From Tortispora ganteri (lineage: Eukaryota): a stretch of 46,139 nucleotides of DNA. Both the position numbers and the translations under genes were made by a program. The notes under the pieces were generated by a model, which made no database searches, was not told the origin of the DNA, and worked only from the letters and a program-made list of their open reading frames with translations. Below, piece by piece: positions 11,373 through 21,578 of the stretch (positions are counted from its first letter, which is position 1; each line of letters starts with the position of its first letter). Location of the stretch: assembly GCA_003707115.1 (NCBI GenBank), contig PPNB01000017.1, forward strand, positions 124,001-170,139. The letters run 5' to 3'.

Positions 11373-12224
11373 TTAGAGAACTATATTGACTCTTGATAAC
11401 GTGCCATCCAGAGAGCCTATGTAAGCTTTGGTACCAGTTACTTGCATTGCAAGTATTGGCGAGTCAGAGTCTGTTTTGTATGTACGTATTAGCTGGCTAG
11501 AATTTATGTCCCATTGGTATACTGCGCCGTCTTCGGAGCCGGAGAGGATCGAGGAATCCGAGACGACGACTGGGCAGGAATAGCGGGAACACTTGTGGCC
11601 AGAGTATGTTCTGATTATGCGGTTGTTGAGGTAGTCCCATAGTCTTATTATACCATCAGCGGTGACGGCAAGAAGGTACTGAGCATTCGGAGAGAAGAGA
11701 GCGTTGAGGACAGGGCCCGGGCGATGTTCAGGTACGAGTGTTTTGAGGCATTGGCCGACAGAAATGTCCCATAAGCGTGTCAAGCCGTCATATGAACATG
11801 AAAGAATCATAGTCGAGTCAAAAGTCACGTCTACAGCGGATACTGCCCCGGCGTGGGCAGGGAAAGTGCGTATACAGCGACCGCGACGGATGTCCCATAT
11901 ACGAACATTCTCGTCGAAAGAACCTGATATGAGCAGGTTGCCTTTGGGATTAAAAGCGACGCACATGGCAGAGTGCGTGTGGCCGATGAAGCTGCGACGG
12001 AGGGTTCCGTCGAGATCATAGACTCTAACAACGCCGTCGTCGCAGGCCGCTGCCAGCAGCGAGCTATCTGGGGACCAGGTGATCGCGTTCACTTGAGAGT
12101 CAAACTCGAAGAGCAAGGAGTTGACGACGTCGAACGGTTTGACGACTGAGGGAAGCTGAGAATGAGAAATAGCAATGTATTTGCCATCTGGAGAAATAGC
12201 AATATCTGTTATGGCATTGTCCAT
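11373..12224 (-). CDS. SWD3: WD40 protein, WDR5/Swd3 (COMPASS subunit)
   Basis: SGSFDENVRIWD, SYDGLTRLWD..GQCLKTL, FSPNAQYLL, YSGHKCSRYS, SGSEDG follow the WDR5 pattern. Confidence 0.8.
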   Translation of the reverse strand: MDNAITDIAISPDGKYIAISHSQLPSVVKPFDVVNSLLFEFDSQVNAITWSPDSSLLAAACDDGVVRVYDLDGTLRRSFIGHTHSAMCVAFNPKGNLLISGSFDENVRIWDIRRGRCIRTFPAHAGAVSAVDVTFDSTMILSCSYDGLTRLWDISVGQCLKTLVPEHRPGPVLNALFSPNAQYLLAVTADGIIRLWDYLNNRIIRTYSGHKCSRYSCPVVVSDSSILSGSEDGAVYQWDINSSQLIRTYKTDSDSPILAMQVTGTKAYIGSLDGTLSRVNIVL

Positions 12225-12400
12225 TAGTGTTGCTTTTTTGAGAATAATTTGTGGACAATGAATGTTAGAGTTTTTCCTGTTAAGAGCGGCAATTATTACT
12301 CTAAGACTATTCCCAAGAGGACACCCGCCTTCTCACCTACGCGTTGGAAACTTGAACAAAAAAGGAAAGGAAAGCTACCTTGCCTTTCCACTAGTCATTA

Positions 12401-13978
12401 ATGGCTGACAGAATTAATCAGCCGGTCAAATTCCTGACGTTAAACTGCTGGGGACTAAAGTATATTTCGCAGTTCAGAAAGCAGCGACTCACAGATATTG
12501 CACTAGCGCTAGCTGCAAGCACCTACGATATCGTTGCATTGCAGGAAGTCTGGGTTCAGGAAGATGTCGATTTCATCATTGAATCCACCAAGGACAACTT
12601 ACCACACGTAAAGGTTTTTAAGGCCGGTATTATAACCGGCCCGGGTCTCATGATTCTCTCGAAGTTCCCCATTATCGCTAGTCGATTGCACAACTTTGTT
12701 CTTAACGGTAGACCCAGCGCCTTCTACAGAGGCGACTGGTACGTGGGCAAGAGTATCGGATCTGTTCTAATAGACCACCAACCGAGCGGAAGAACGCTTC
12801 AAGTCTTTAACACTCACATGCACGCACCATACGGCCCGGGCGACGCCGCCTACGAATGCCATAGAACTGCACAAGCCTGGACTATCGCTCATCTCCTTCA
12901 GGAAGCCCAAGCTTTAGGATACGCAGTAGTAGCTGTCGGAGATTTTAATTCCCGCCCAGGAAGCCTTCCGTTTGACCTAATTACCCAGATTGGCCAAGTT
13001 GAGGACGCATGGACTGCCCTTCATCCGCCATATGACCCGGGAACTGATTCTACTCTTGGTACCACGCAGAACCCTGCTCTTAAAGAATCCGCTCGTGCTC
13101 ATCCAAAGCACAAGCTGAGTGCAGCAGGAGCTGCTGCTATATTGAACTCTCGAAACTCAGAACAGAATCTATCTTTAGCATCCTCGAACGCATCTCGTAA
13201 AAGCATCCATCAAGATAGCTTTTCTATGACTGCAGTTACACCTGCTCATTCTATCAACAATGATAGCACAGAAATAAATAACAAAAATACACTAGGTTAC
13301 CAATCAGTCTCACGTCCTCGATCCGGCACCCTCACTGCTGGGGAAATATCACCTATTGAACAGATTGCTAAGCTAGGTGTCACATGTGACTCGCAACTTA
13401 ATACCTGGCGCAAAAACCGCCAGATAAGCGAGGCTTGCCGCTTGGACTATGTTTTTTTCTCACCCACAAACATCACTGTACGCGACATTTCCGTGGAGTT
13501 CGTTGAGCTTTACCATGGGATCTCCGTCTCTGACCATTTTGGCGTCTCTGTAGAACTTTCAGTCCTCTCAGATCGTGACCAAGGAAGAAGATCAAGCGTA
13601 TCGTCTGCTACTGATGCTCTATACCCCAGTATGCGCACGCGTATCATGCAGCAACAGATGAAGTTATATCTAAGAACCAAAAACGTCATACACGATTATA
13701 TACCTACCAACTTGTGGCAGAGAAAAGTCAGAAATACGCATTTCTTTGTCTCCATACCAGTACTGGCAGGAATACTGACTGCCGTATGGTTTGTCCCCTC
13801 ATATGGCGGGTTTATCCTCACTTTCGGAACTATGGTGATATCTACCATGGGATTGATCGATGGACTTATTGGTTACCTTTTTGGACGCCATGAATATCGT
13901 GCCTTAATGGAGCTTTTAGACGAAGTCAAAATTGAAGAAGCTACAGTGAAAAGCAAAATTGCAGAATATTTGATCTAA
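12401..13978 (+). CDS. ISC1: Inositol phosphosphingolipid phospholipase C / neutral sphingomyelinase
   Basis: LTLNCWGLKYIS, LQEVW, LNGRPSAFYRGDWYVGK, GDFN, RLDY, SDH, two C-terminal TMs. Confidence 0.92.
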   Translation: MADRINQPVKFLTLNCWGLKYISQFRKQRLTDIALALAASTYDIVALQEVWVQEDVDFIIESTKDNLPHVKVFKAGIITGPGLMILSKFPIIASRLHNFVLNGRPSAFYRGDWYVGKSIGSVLIDHQPSGRTLQVFNTHMHAPYGPGDAAYECHRTAQAWTIAHLLQEAQALGYAVVAVGDFNSRPGSLPFDLITQIGQVEDAWTALHPPYDPGTDSTLGTTQNPALKESARAHPKHKLSAAGAAAILNSRNSEQNLSLASSNASRKSIHQDSFSMTAVTPAHSINNDSTEINNKNTLGYQSVSRPRSGTLTAGEISPIEQIAKLGVTCDSQLNTWRKNRQISEACRLDYVFFSPTNITVRDISVEFVELYHGISVSDHFGVSVELSVLSDRDQGRRSSVSSATDALYPSMRTRIMQQQMKLYLRTKNVIHDYIPTNLWQRKVRNTHFFVSIPVLAGILTAVWFVPSYGGFILTFGTMVISTMGLIDGLIGYLFGRHEYRALMELLDEVKIEEATVKSKIAEYLI

Positions 13979-14188
13979 TTGTCTCTTGCAAGCCTTTATT
14001 TTTTCCATCCTCTTGCCATGCTACTTCGACATCTTGATGGCTGCACTTATTTTCGCCTAGCAACCTGAGTCAACTCGGTGTTTTCACACACTTTACTAAC
14101 TACAACACACTCACTATCTTCCACTGTCCCTTCGCGAAAACACTTCCCCACAATAACCTACTAAATCTACTTGTATTTATAATAACTA

Positions 14189-15220
14189 ATGCAATATATT
14201 CATCCCGCTAAAAGAGCTAGATTTGGCGATGCTGGCTCGCCTTCGATGAATACTCCTCCTCCAACTAATCAACCAGCTGGACGTAGAATGGTCCCTCCGC
14301 AAGGAAGTGCTCCACCTCCTCGTCCAGGAATGGGACCACCTGGCCGACCGGTGCCTGTAATCTCCGAAGAAGATGAAGTAATTAGAGGTGATGAGATTGA
14401 TGTGCTATCAGCAAGAGATATATCTATCATGCGTTATGTCAGGAACCACGAATGGATGAGTGAGGTTCTTGGATCTGCACAGACTACACGTTCCATTATA
14501 AGCCCATCTTTGGGCGCGGAAATTTTTGCCCCAGAAGGCCAGGATCCAGTGAAATATTTACAGGAAAAGATTGCTAAGGAAAAAGAAGAAATAGAAAAGC
14601 TTTCAGCTGAAATAATTGACACCGCTCCTAATACCACTATTGGAACCGTGTATCAGGAGGCTTATGATGCTCTGTGCGATCCATCTGCCAATTGTGATGC
14701 TATTTCTGCCGAAGTAGAAGCTAAAGCCCGCATAAAAGTTGTTGCGCGTCCCAGAGTGGTCAAGACTCCCTGGAAATTGACCGAGGAGGAGGCTGCAGCT
14801 GAAGTAACTGCTCATTCAAGTTCGGCACCTGAAACTGCCGCTACACAAGAAAACGAGTCAAAAGCGACAAGCCAAAATGGTGTATTCGCAGTATCTGAAT
14901 CGCAAGTTTTACCTGAAATGTTGCCAGAGCCGGAATCTGAACAGGAGGTGGAACAAGGATTAGAAGTACAGCCCAACGCCGTGAGTCAGCCACAGTATAA
15001 ATCTGAACAAGAACAAAATGTCAGGTTGCAAGCACAGGAGTTCCAGAAAGAGTCTGAAGAGCAGTTGCTAACACAAGGTGGCGATGTTCCAATGGGTATG
15101 CAAATCGATGAGCCGAGTGCACTGAGTGATATTGTATTAGATTCGTTGCCGCAAACCGATTTCACGCAGGATGGAACTAGTGGAGAACAAGCTGAGGAGG
15201 CACTAAATTTTGGCATTTAA
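14189..15220 (+). CDS. SWI/SNF-RSC subunit Ssr4 C-terminal-like protein
   Basis: EEDEVIRGDEIDVLSARDISIMRYVRNHEWMSEVLGS resembles the conserved fungal Ssr4 (DUF1750) C-terminal motif; Pro-rich N-terminus, acidic tail. Confidence 0.6.
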   Translation: MQYIHPAKRARFGDAGSPSMNTPPPTNQPAGRRMVPPQGSAPPPRPGMGPPGRPVPVISEEDEVIRGDEIDVLSARDISIMRYVRNHEWMSEVLGSAQTTRSIISPSLGAEIFAPEGQDPVKYLQEKIAKEKEEIEKLSAEIIDTAPNTTIGTVYQEAYDALCDPSANCDAISAEVEAKARIKVVARPRVVKTPWKLTEEEAAAEVTAHSSSAPETAATQENESKATSQNGVFAVSESQVLPEMLPEPESEQEVEQGLEVQPNAVSQPQYKSEQEQNVRLQAQEFQKESEEQLLTQGGDVPMGMQIDEPSALSDIVLDSLPQTDFTQDGTSGEQAEEALNFGI

Positions 15221-15413
15221 CTAACTACGATACTATCGGTGATCTATCATAAATCTGAAAGAAATCTCCTCATCATTTTTTCTTTTAGTTTTGAATGAGT
15301 TATATGAAGATGGTTGAGTGCTGGGGTAGAGACGATATACTGTGTGCAAGCACATATTAGCATTTTAGTGCGATAGATAGATTGTGATATGCTTTTGCGC
15401 ATTCAATCGATAA

Positions 15414-15774
15414 TTATTTAGTTTTCTTTTCTAATTCCGCAACATGAGCCTCTATTCTTCGTACACTTTCGGATAGCACGACAATGTCTTGCAGTAATAG
15501 TTCGTTAGCTTCTTTGTACCTGTCCAAGACGTAATAGTACGCACCAGCACTAGCTAAACTTGTACCAACAAAGAATCCAAAAAGACTATAAGATAAATAG
15601 CGTTAGCGATTGTTTTGCCGCGCAGTAAATTGCAAGAAATAATACTTACCCTCCTCGGAATCCTCCAACTGGACGCCTTCTGGGGGTCGCTACCACAGCG
15701 TCGGTAGAAGCGTATCTAACGGTTTGCAAAGACAATGTCTTACTGGGATAATGACGAATTACGCGTGATAACAT
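15414..15774 (-). CDS. Small (98 aa) spliced, probably mitochondrial single-TM protein; exons 15774-15650 and 15585-15414
   Basis: MLSRVIRHYPSKTLSLQTVRYAST..RRRPVGGFRGG/LFGFFVGTSLASAGAYYYVLDRYKEANELLLQDI..; intron GTAAGT..GCTAAC..TAG joins in frame; absent from the ORF track. Confidence 0.8.
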
Positions 15775-16125
15775 GTTAATAGTTGCAACAATGTCAGTCA
15801 ATGTAGAAGTAATATGGGGTATTTACTTGGTGGAGTGGGTATTAATGGGAGCGGAACGATGCATATGCTTTTCTATTGGCTGGTTTAAAGCTGGCCTAGG
15901 GTTAACTATGAAGCGATCCATTGACGCGAATTTGAGCTCCTTAGATTGCTATATAACGCGTAGTTCAGATATGGAATAACTGAATACAGAGATCAGATAC
16001 TATACTAGGTAGGCAACAATACAGGGACTGTGGTGGAGCTGACAATGATTCCATCGGAGTCTCCATTGTGTGCATAAAAATTGTCCTTCGACAGTTGCTA
16101 CGACATTTGGTTTTCGATATAAACA

Positions 16126-16737
16126 ATGTCAATCTGGAGGAGATTGTACAATTGGCTAGTGTCTTTACTGTGGTCTTCAGAGGTAAGAAATCAATATCAA
16201 TACATTTAATATTTGTAGCATGTACTGACTAATAATTAGACGAATGTTGTTGTGATCGGCCTTCAAAACGCAGGAAAATCAACACTACTTGCCTCTCTTC
16301 AAGGGAGTGATTTCTCTCCAGACACAATTCCAACGGTAGGCTTTGCAGTGCAAACTATTGTGAAAAATAAGGTCACTATTAAATGCTGGGATCTTGGAGG
16401 TCAACCTCGATTTAGATCGCTGTGGGAACGTTACTGCAGGGGTGCTGATGCGATTGTCTTTGTCGTTGACAGCGCTGACTCTGACCTGCTGCACACAGTC
16501 AAATCAGAACTTCACGCTCTCTGTTCACAAGAGTCGTTAGAACATATTCCTCTTCTAGTACTTGCCAATAAACAAGACCTACAACCACACGCTACTACCG
16601 TTGACGAAATGATCGAAAAACTAGACCTGCTGTCGATTCGCGAAAGAGACATTGTATGTTATGCAGTTTCAGCTAAATCCATGCAAAATCTAGACAGTGT
16701 TATTGAATGGCTAGTCGCGAGAGCTCATCACAGTTAG
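16126..16737 (+). CDS. ARL8: Arf-like small GTPase Arl8; exons 16126-16182 and 16240-16737
   Basis: Amphipathic N-terminus MSIWRRLYNWLVSLLW, IGLQNAGKS, DTIPTVGF, WDLGGQPRFRSLWERYCRG, NKQD; intron GTAAGA..CTGAC/CTAAT..TAG. Confidence 0.88.
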
Positions 16738-17038
16738 TGCCATATGTGATGCAAAGATATCATGCTTATATATCACAATATCACATCCAAGCAAACTTAT
16801 GTCACTATTGTTGCTTCGATTGCAACCTAATGTTGTACATTCCTCTTACAATTTTTCACAGGCTCATCTATAGCTAGTTTACAAAGGTTCAATTTTTTTA
16901 CTGCCCTCATCCACTACAGCCCATAACAGGAATTTTTTTTTCTCTACGTCCTTCTTCTTATGTCATTTGATTCGACACATTGAGGACGTATTAAAATCCA
17001 AGTGTGATGCGTGTGTGAATGGTTTAGGATTTTTGATA

Positions 17039-17117
17039 TCACAAATTAGTGTCACAAATCAGTGTCACAAACTTAGACACACACTGGATTTCTCATATTG
17101 TTGTTCATCTATAAATA
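17039..17117 (+). promoter_or_regulatory. Three tandem 13-bp-period TCACAAA motifs (MSE/Ndt80-Sum1-like) followed by a TATA box
   Basis: tcacaaat-tagtg-tcacaaat-cagtg-tcacaaac at 17039-17072; TATAAATA at 17110-17117. Confidence 0.45.
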
Positions 17118-19348
17118 CTGCTTGGTTTTCTTCTTACACCTCACTGGAGGCTTACATTCTCCATGCAAAGTTTGCAAGATGCTAGAAGTATAAGCTTTGT
17201 TACAACAGGCAGACATCATGGCTAATCACAACCAGTGTCGTGTTATACAACTTATATTTTGTTGATTGCAAAGCAATCTATAGGCATAAAGTGCTCTCCT
17301 TGTATCTATCAATCGTACTGTGCTTAAGGTTAGCCTCACTAACAGTACACGCGGTATGAAAATGCATGCCGAGCGTCGTACAGCAGTTATACGACGCTAG
17401 CATACCTATATGTTTTTATAAAACTACAAGGTCACTGCTCTGGCTTTATCACGGTAGCTGGTGGATTCCATAAAGAATATCATCATATTACTAGAAGCTA
17501 TAATCAATGAAACTTCAGTGATTACTCACGTCTAAATTTAGGCGCCTGTTTGATACAGAATCAAACAGTGATAGATATGAGCATTTTTACTTCCTGAGTG
17601 TTGCTCAATGACGACTAATAATTCTACATGAAAAACTAATAATGAAGAGCTATTATCACTTGGTTCTGATTTATGATATACGATACACTTACCTATAACG
17701 GTGCATTAAAAGAATTATGGCTCGGCCGAGGAACAGCATTTGGGATACTCACATCGTTTTTTTTTGGGCTCTTCCTTTTTTTTTACGAATAAAATATGCG
17801 TTAAACCATAAAGTATTACAGTTGAGAATAGTTTGTATTTTGCTGATTCGTGATGCGATTCGATATGGAACAATGTTATTCTGCAGTGAAATAGAAACAA
17901 CCTACGAGTTTCATTCAAAAACTGAATGATAAAAGCTACAGAAAGCAATAGAAAATTACTAAGAGGTGCGAATATGCATGGATTAAAGACTAAACGGACT
18001 AGTTTATCAGTACTTGATCCCGTTCAAGCCTAGTTTCTCATATTCCAGCAATCCGTTACTTAAAATATTGAACGCCAAAGAGAAGGAGTCAGTTATCAGT
18101 TATACATGCTATTTAGGAAGAGAAGTATGCTTCACATAATTGACTATATCACTTAGAGCTATCAGAGTTACAGTACAAAGATTACTATATAATAATACTA
18201 TATGTAATTAATAAGGAGCTAAGTTCGTGGATCCGAGGATCACAGAATTTGGCTTTCAAGATAGCTTAGTAGCCATCAACACACTTGGTCCGCGGGTAAA
18301 AATCTAGTTACCCGGCACAACCTATATAACACTTTAATGATCGCCTCTTTTCTGCTCGGCTATGCCCCCACTGTCTGTAAAAGGTGGCAGTTCGGTAGAA
18401 ATTTGTCGCAGATGAGACTTTGAGACAAGGACTGTCTTGCTTCATCTGCATCACTAAATAGATTTCTAAAAATTTTAGATCGAATTATACGTAATCCCGA
18501 CGTATATGTGGTCTTGCACATGTTCACGGTTTATCATAACCCCTGAAAAAGTCTTAAACAATGTTTTTGAGGGGTTAAGAAATGACCCTGAACCTATTGA
18601 TTTTTGAAGCCGATGAGCTTTAATAATGCAGCACCTTAATGCTTGCTCTTTACTTTGAATTTGCTTAGCGTGATTTTGTGACGTAAGCAAACTGATAGCC
18701 GTATAATCGATTATCGGATAGTTCTAATGAACCTTGATTGATTGATTTCTTTTAGCATCGAAATCTGATTTGAATTGAAAGAATCAGATTGTATTTGCGT
18801 TTTCTTCGGTGGTCCTTTAGGGATTAAGAAAATTTTAATATATGTTGACATGAGCAGAACCAAAGAAGGTTATTCGATTCCTAATGCATCTTGAGTAATC
18901 CTCTTTTTTTTTCTTTATTGCCGATGTGGTTGTGCTACACTGCATCTGTTTTTCCTTTGTGGGCTTTTACAGATTAGGAATTTTTGCTTGGTTGCTTTTA
19001 TTAGCATCTGAATGGAGATTTTGGTCTTCTTTAGTGCGTACTACTCAACATCCGGTGTTTTTTCTTCCATTTAGTGGTTTTTCACCTGCCTTTTTTCTTT
19101 TTCAGTTTTTTTTTTTTTTGGTTGAATATGCGACGTAATGTTGCTTGTTTTTGCCAAGAATGATACTTTAGATCTTAAGATGTGTAGCATGTATTAGTAG
19201 TATTTACTCCTTATTAAATTGTCGTCCATGATTCCTTCTGTGGTGGTAAAATTTAAAGTTTGTATAGCTATCATAGTGTTCCGTACACGGTTTTCAAATA
19301 CCAACAAGACTTTTTCTTGTACCTTCCAATACCAAGATTATATTAATT

Positions 19349-20533
19349 ATGGTTAAAGAATACACATTAGCAGGTAAGGCGCTTAAGTTGGATACAGCTG
19401 AAGATATCGCTCCCTATATTGAAGAATTAAAAAGTGCAGGAGACGTAGAGAAGGTAGATCTAAGAGGAAATACTTTGGGTGTTGAAGCAGCGAGAGTTTT
19501 AGCTGATGAAATCGGGAAGTTGAAATCGTTAAACTACGCAAATTTGGCGGACTTATTTACTGGAAGGTTGAAGGAGGAGATTCCTCAAGCCCTTGAATAT
19601 CTGTTTGCTGGACTTAGAAAGACTAATGTGTCCACGGTTGATTTGTCCGACAATGCATTGGGCATGGCCGCTATAGATCAGTTAGAGCCATTTCTCGCTT
19701 CTCATATTCCTTTAGAACACTTAATCCTTGGTAATAATGGTCTAGGCCCTGAAGCTGGGTCTCGAGTTGGAAATGCGCTCGCTGAATTGGCTGATAAGAA
19801 ACAAAAAGTGGACGCCAAGCCACTACTTACGGTAGTTTGCGCGAGGAATCGTTTAGAAAACGGTTCTATGAAAGCGTGGGCACGTGCAGTGTCAGCGAAC
19901 ACTTCTTTGCAACGAATCGAAATGTACCAGAATGGTATTCGCCCTGAAGGTATCGAGTTATTGCTTAATGCCATGAGTAATCACAAGGAGATTTTGCACC
20001 TCGATTTGCAGGACAACACTTTTACTAGCAAGGGTGCTGCGGCGTTAGCGGAAATTTTACCAGGATTGTCGAATATATCCCATTTGACTGTATCCGACTG
20101 TCTACTATCTGCAGAAGGTGGACTTAAAGTCAGTCAAGTGTTGGCGAGCAACACATTGCCAAAGTTAGAAACATTGAAGCTTCAGTACAATGAGATCGAC
20201 AAAACTGCATTAGCTACGCTTTTTGATGCTGCTAAGACTAGTCTCCCGTCTTTAAAGTTCTTAGAGCTCAATGGTAACAAATTCTCAGAAGACCATTTCA
20301 TACTTAATGAGTTACGTGCATTATTGGAAGAGCGCGGAGGTGAGCTGGATGAGCTAGATGACTTAGAGGAGGAATCAGATGAGGATGAGGAATCAGAAGA
20401 AGAAGAAGAGCTTGAGGAAGAGGAGATTATTCGAGAATGCTCAGAAAATGAAGATTCTAATGTTGCAGAAGATGCCGATGAAGAAGTTGATAGACTGGCA
20501 GAAGCTTTGAGCAAAACCAAGATTCCTGAATAG
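19349..20533 (+). CDS. RNA1: Ran GTPase-activating protein (RanGAP)
   Basis: LRRs with GNTLG, ADLFTGRL..EIP, DLSDNA, NNGLGP, RNRLENGS, QNGIRPEG, LQDNTFT, plus acidic tail. Confidence 0.95.
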   Translation: MVKEYTLAGKALKLDTAEDIAPYIEELKSAGDVEKVDLRGNTLGVEAARVLADEIGKLKSLNYANLADLFTGRLKEEIPQALEYLFAGLRKTNVSTVDLSDNALGMAAIDQLEPFLASHIPLEHLILGNNGLGPEAGSRVGNALAELADKKQKVDAKPLLTVVCARNRLENGSMKAWARAVSANTSLQRIEMYQNGIRPEGIELLLNAMSNHKEILHLDLQDNTFTSKGAAALAEILPGLSNISHLTVSDCLLSAEGGLKVSQVLASNTLPKLETLKLQYNEIDKTALATLFDAAKTSLPSLKFLELNGNKFSEDHFILNELRALLEERGGELDELDDLEEESDEDEESEEEEELEEEEIIRECSENEDSNVAEDADEEVDRLAEALSKTKIPE

Positions 20534-20606
20534 ATTTACAGACCTATTTTGCGATTTATTTTTTCGAAGGAAGTATATTCACGTAATATTATACTGAATG
20601 ACTATG

Positions 20607-21407
20607 CTAATTAAATGGAAAGAGGGTTGGGTTCTTGTATGCCATATAGTTTTGCAACCATTTGATAGCGTCAGTATCTTTGACATGATCTAGACGGTGA
20701 AGGTTGAGCGGCCTGACTGTGATAATGCATGTGAACGGAGCGCGGGAAAGAGCGGTCAATACTCCACGAGTGGTAGTTAAATCGAAATGAGCGATATAGG
20801 AAATATTTAGATCGTATACTGACGCAATAGATTGAGCGTCTTTTAAGTCATTTAGTATTCGTTTCAGCTTTGGAGTGTATTGGCGGGCGATGATGAACAG
20901 ACGAGGATCGAGTTTCATAACATTGAAGTTCAAATCAGGAGAGAACACGGGCTGATTCGAGGATTCCGAAAACAAAAAACTCCAAGAGTCTGAAGATTGA
21001 AGAGCGAATGGGATATCAATAGAATCTATAAGCCAAGAGTCAGAGGCGAATTTTGATCTAAAAATGGCTTTAAGGGTCGGCCAGTAGGAGAGTCTGCTCC
21101 AGACTAGGAATTGCACGGAATTATACATTTTGTACTTACGAGAGAACAGGTAAACCACAATATAGTCTATAGAAGAGATATGATTTGATATGTAGAGACA
21201 AGGGCCAGGAGGGATGACGCCATGGACTCTGAAAGTGATTCTAAGGACCTTAGAAGCCAGAGACCATACTGGGTAGTACAGTGCAGACTTTGACTTTTGG
21301 TATATTGACGGGTATAGGTATACGGACGGGTATATAAAGGCAAGAGCAGCCGAAGCTACGAGGTGATAGGTATAAAGCAGAGTAGCTATGAACAAACCAG
21401 ATAACAT
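20607..21407 (-). CDS. Lysophospholipid acyltransferase-like protein (MUM3/CST26 family)
   Basis: YISNHISSIDY (NHx4D motif), N-terminal TM, SVYDLNISY; start 21407 preferred over 21593. Confidence 0.6.
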   Translation of the reverse strand: MLSGLFIATLLYTYHLVASAALAFIYPSVYLYPSIYQKSKSALYYPVWSLASKVLRITFRVHGVIPPGPCLYISNHISSIDYIVVYLFSRKYKMYNSVQFLVWSRLSYWPTLKAIFRSKFASDSWLIDSIDIPFALQSSDSWSFLFSESSNQPVFSPDLNFNVMKLDPRLFIIARQYTPKLKRILNDLKDAQSIASVYDLNISYIAHFDLTTTRGVLTALSRAPFTCIITVRPLNLHRLDHVKDTDAIKWLQNYMAYKNPTLFPFN

Positions 21408-21578
21408 TGGTATTGGTATGGCAAATATCAGTAGTACTAGGTAAAAAAGCAATTGGGGGAGCAAGCAAACTGCAAGGCGGGCCGGGTAGATGGGAGCAAT
21501 AGTATAGCATCTAAACTGAGATAAACGTCTAGTTTTTGCTCTGTAATTATTACATATTAGATCAGAGGGGCTGTATAA

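Noticed and set aside
14094..14100. TACTAAC upstream of the Ssr4-like gene as a branch point
   Set aside because: No nearby AG acceptor or good GT donor
17717..17929. 70-aa ORF MARPRNSIWD, superficially like a BED-finger start
   Set aside because: No CxxC/H ligands, built from T-runs, no transposase or TIRs nearby
20182..20520. Antisense poly-Ser ORF and the other short nested or antisense ORFs in the track
   Set aside because: Shadows of real genes, here the acidic tail of RanGAP
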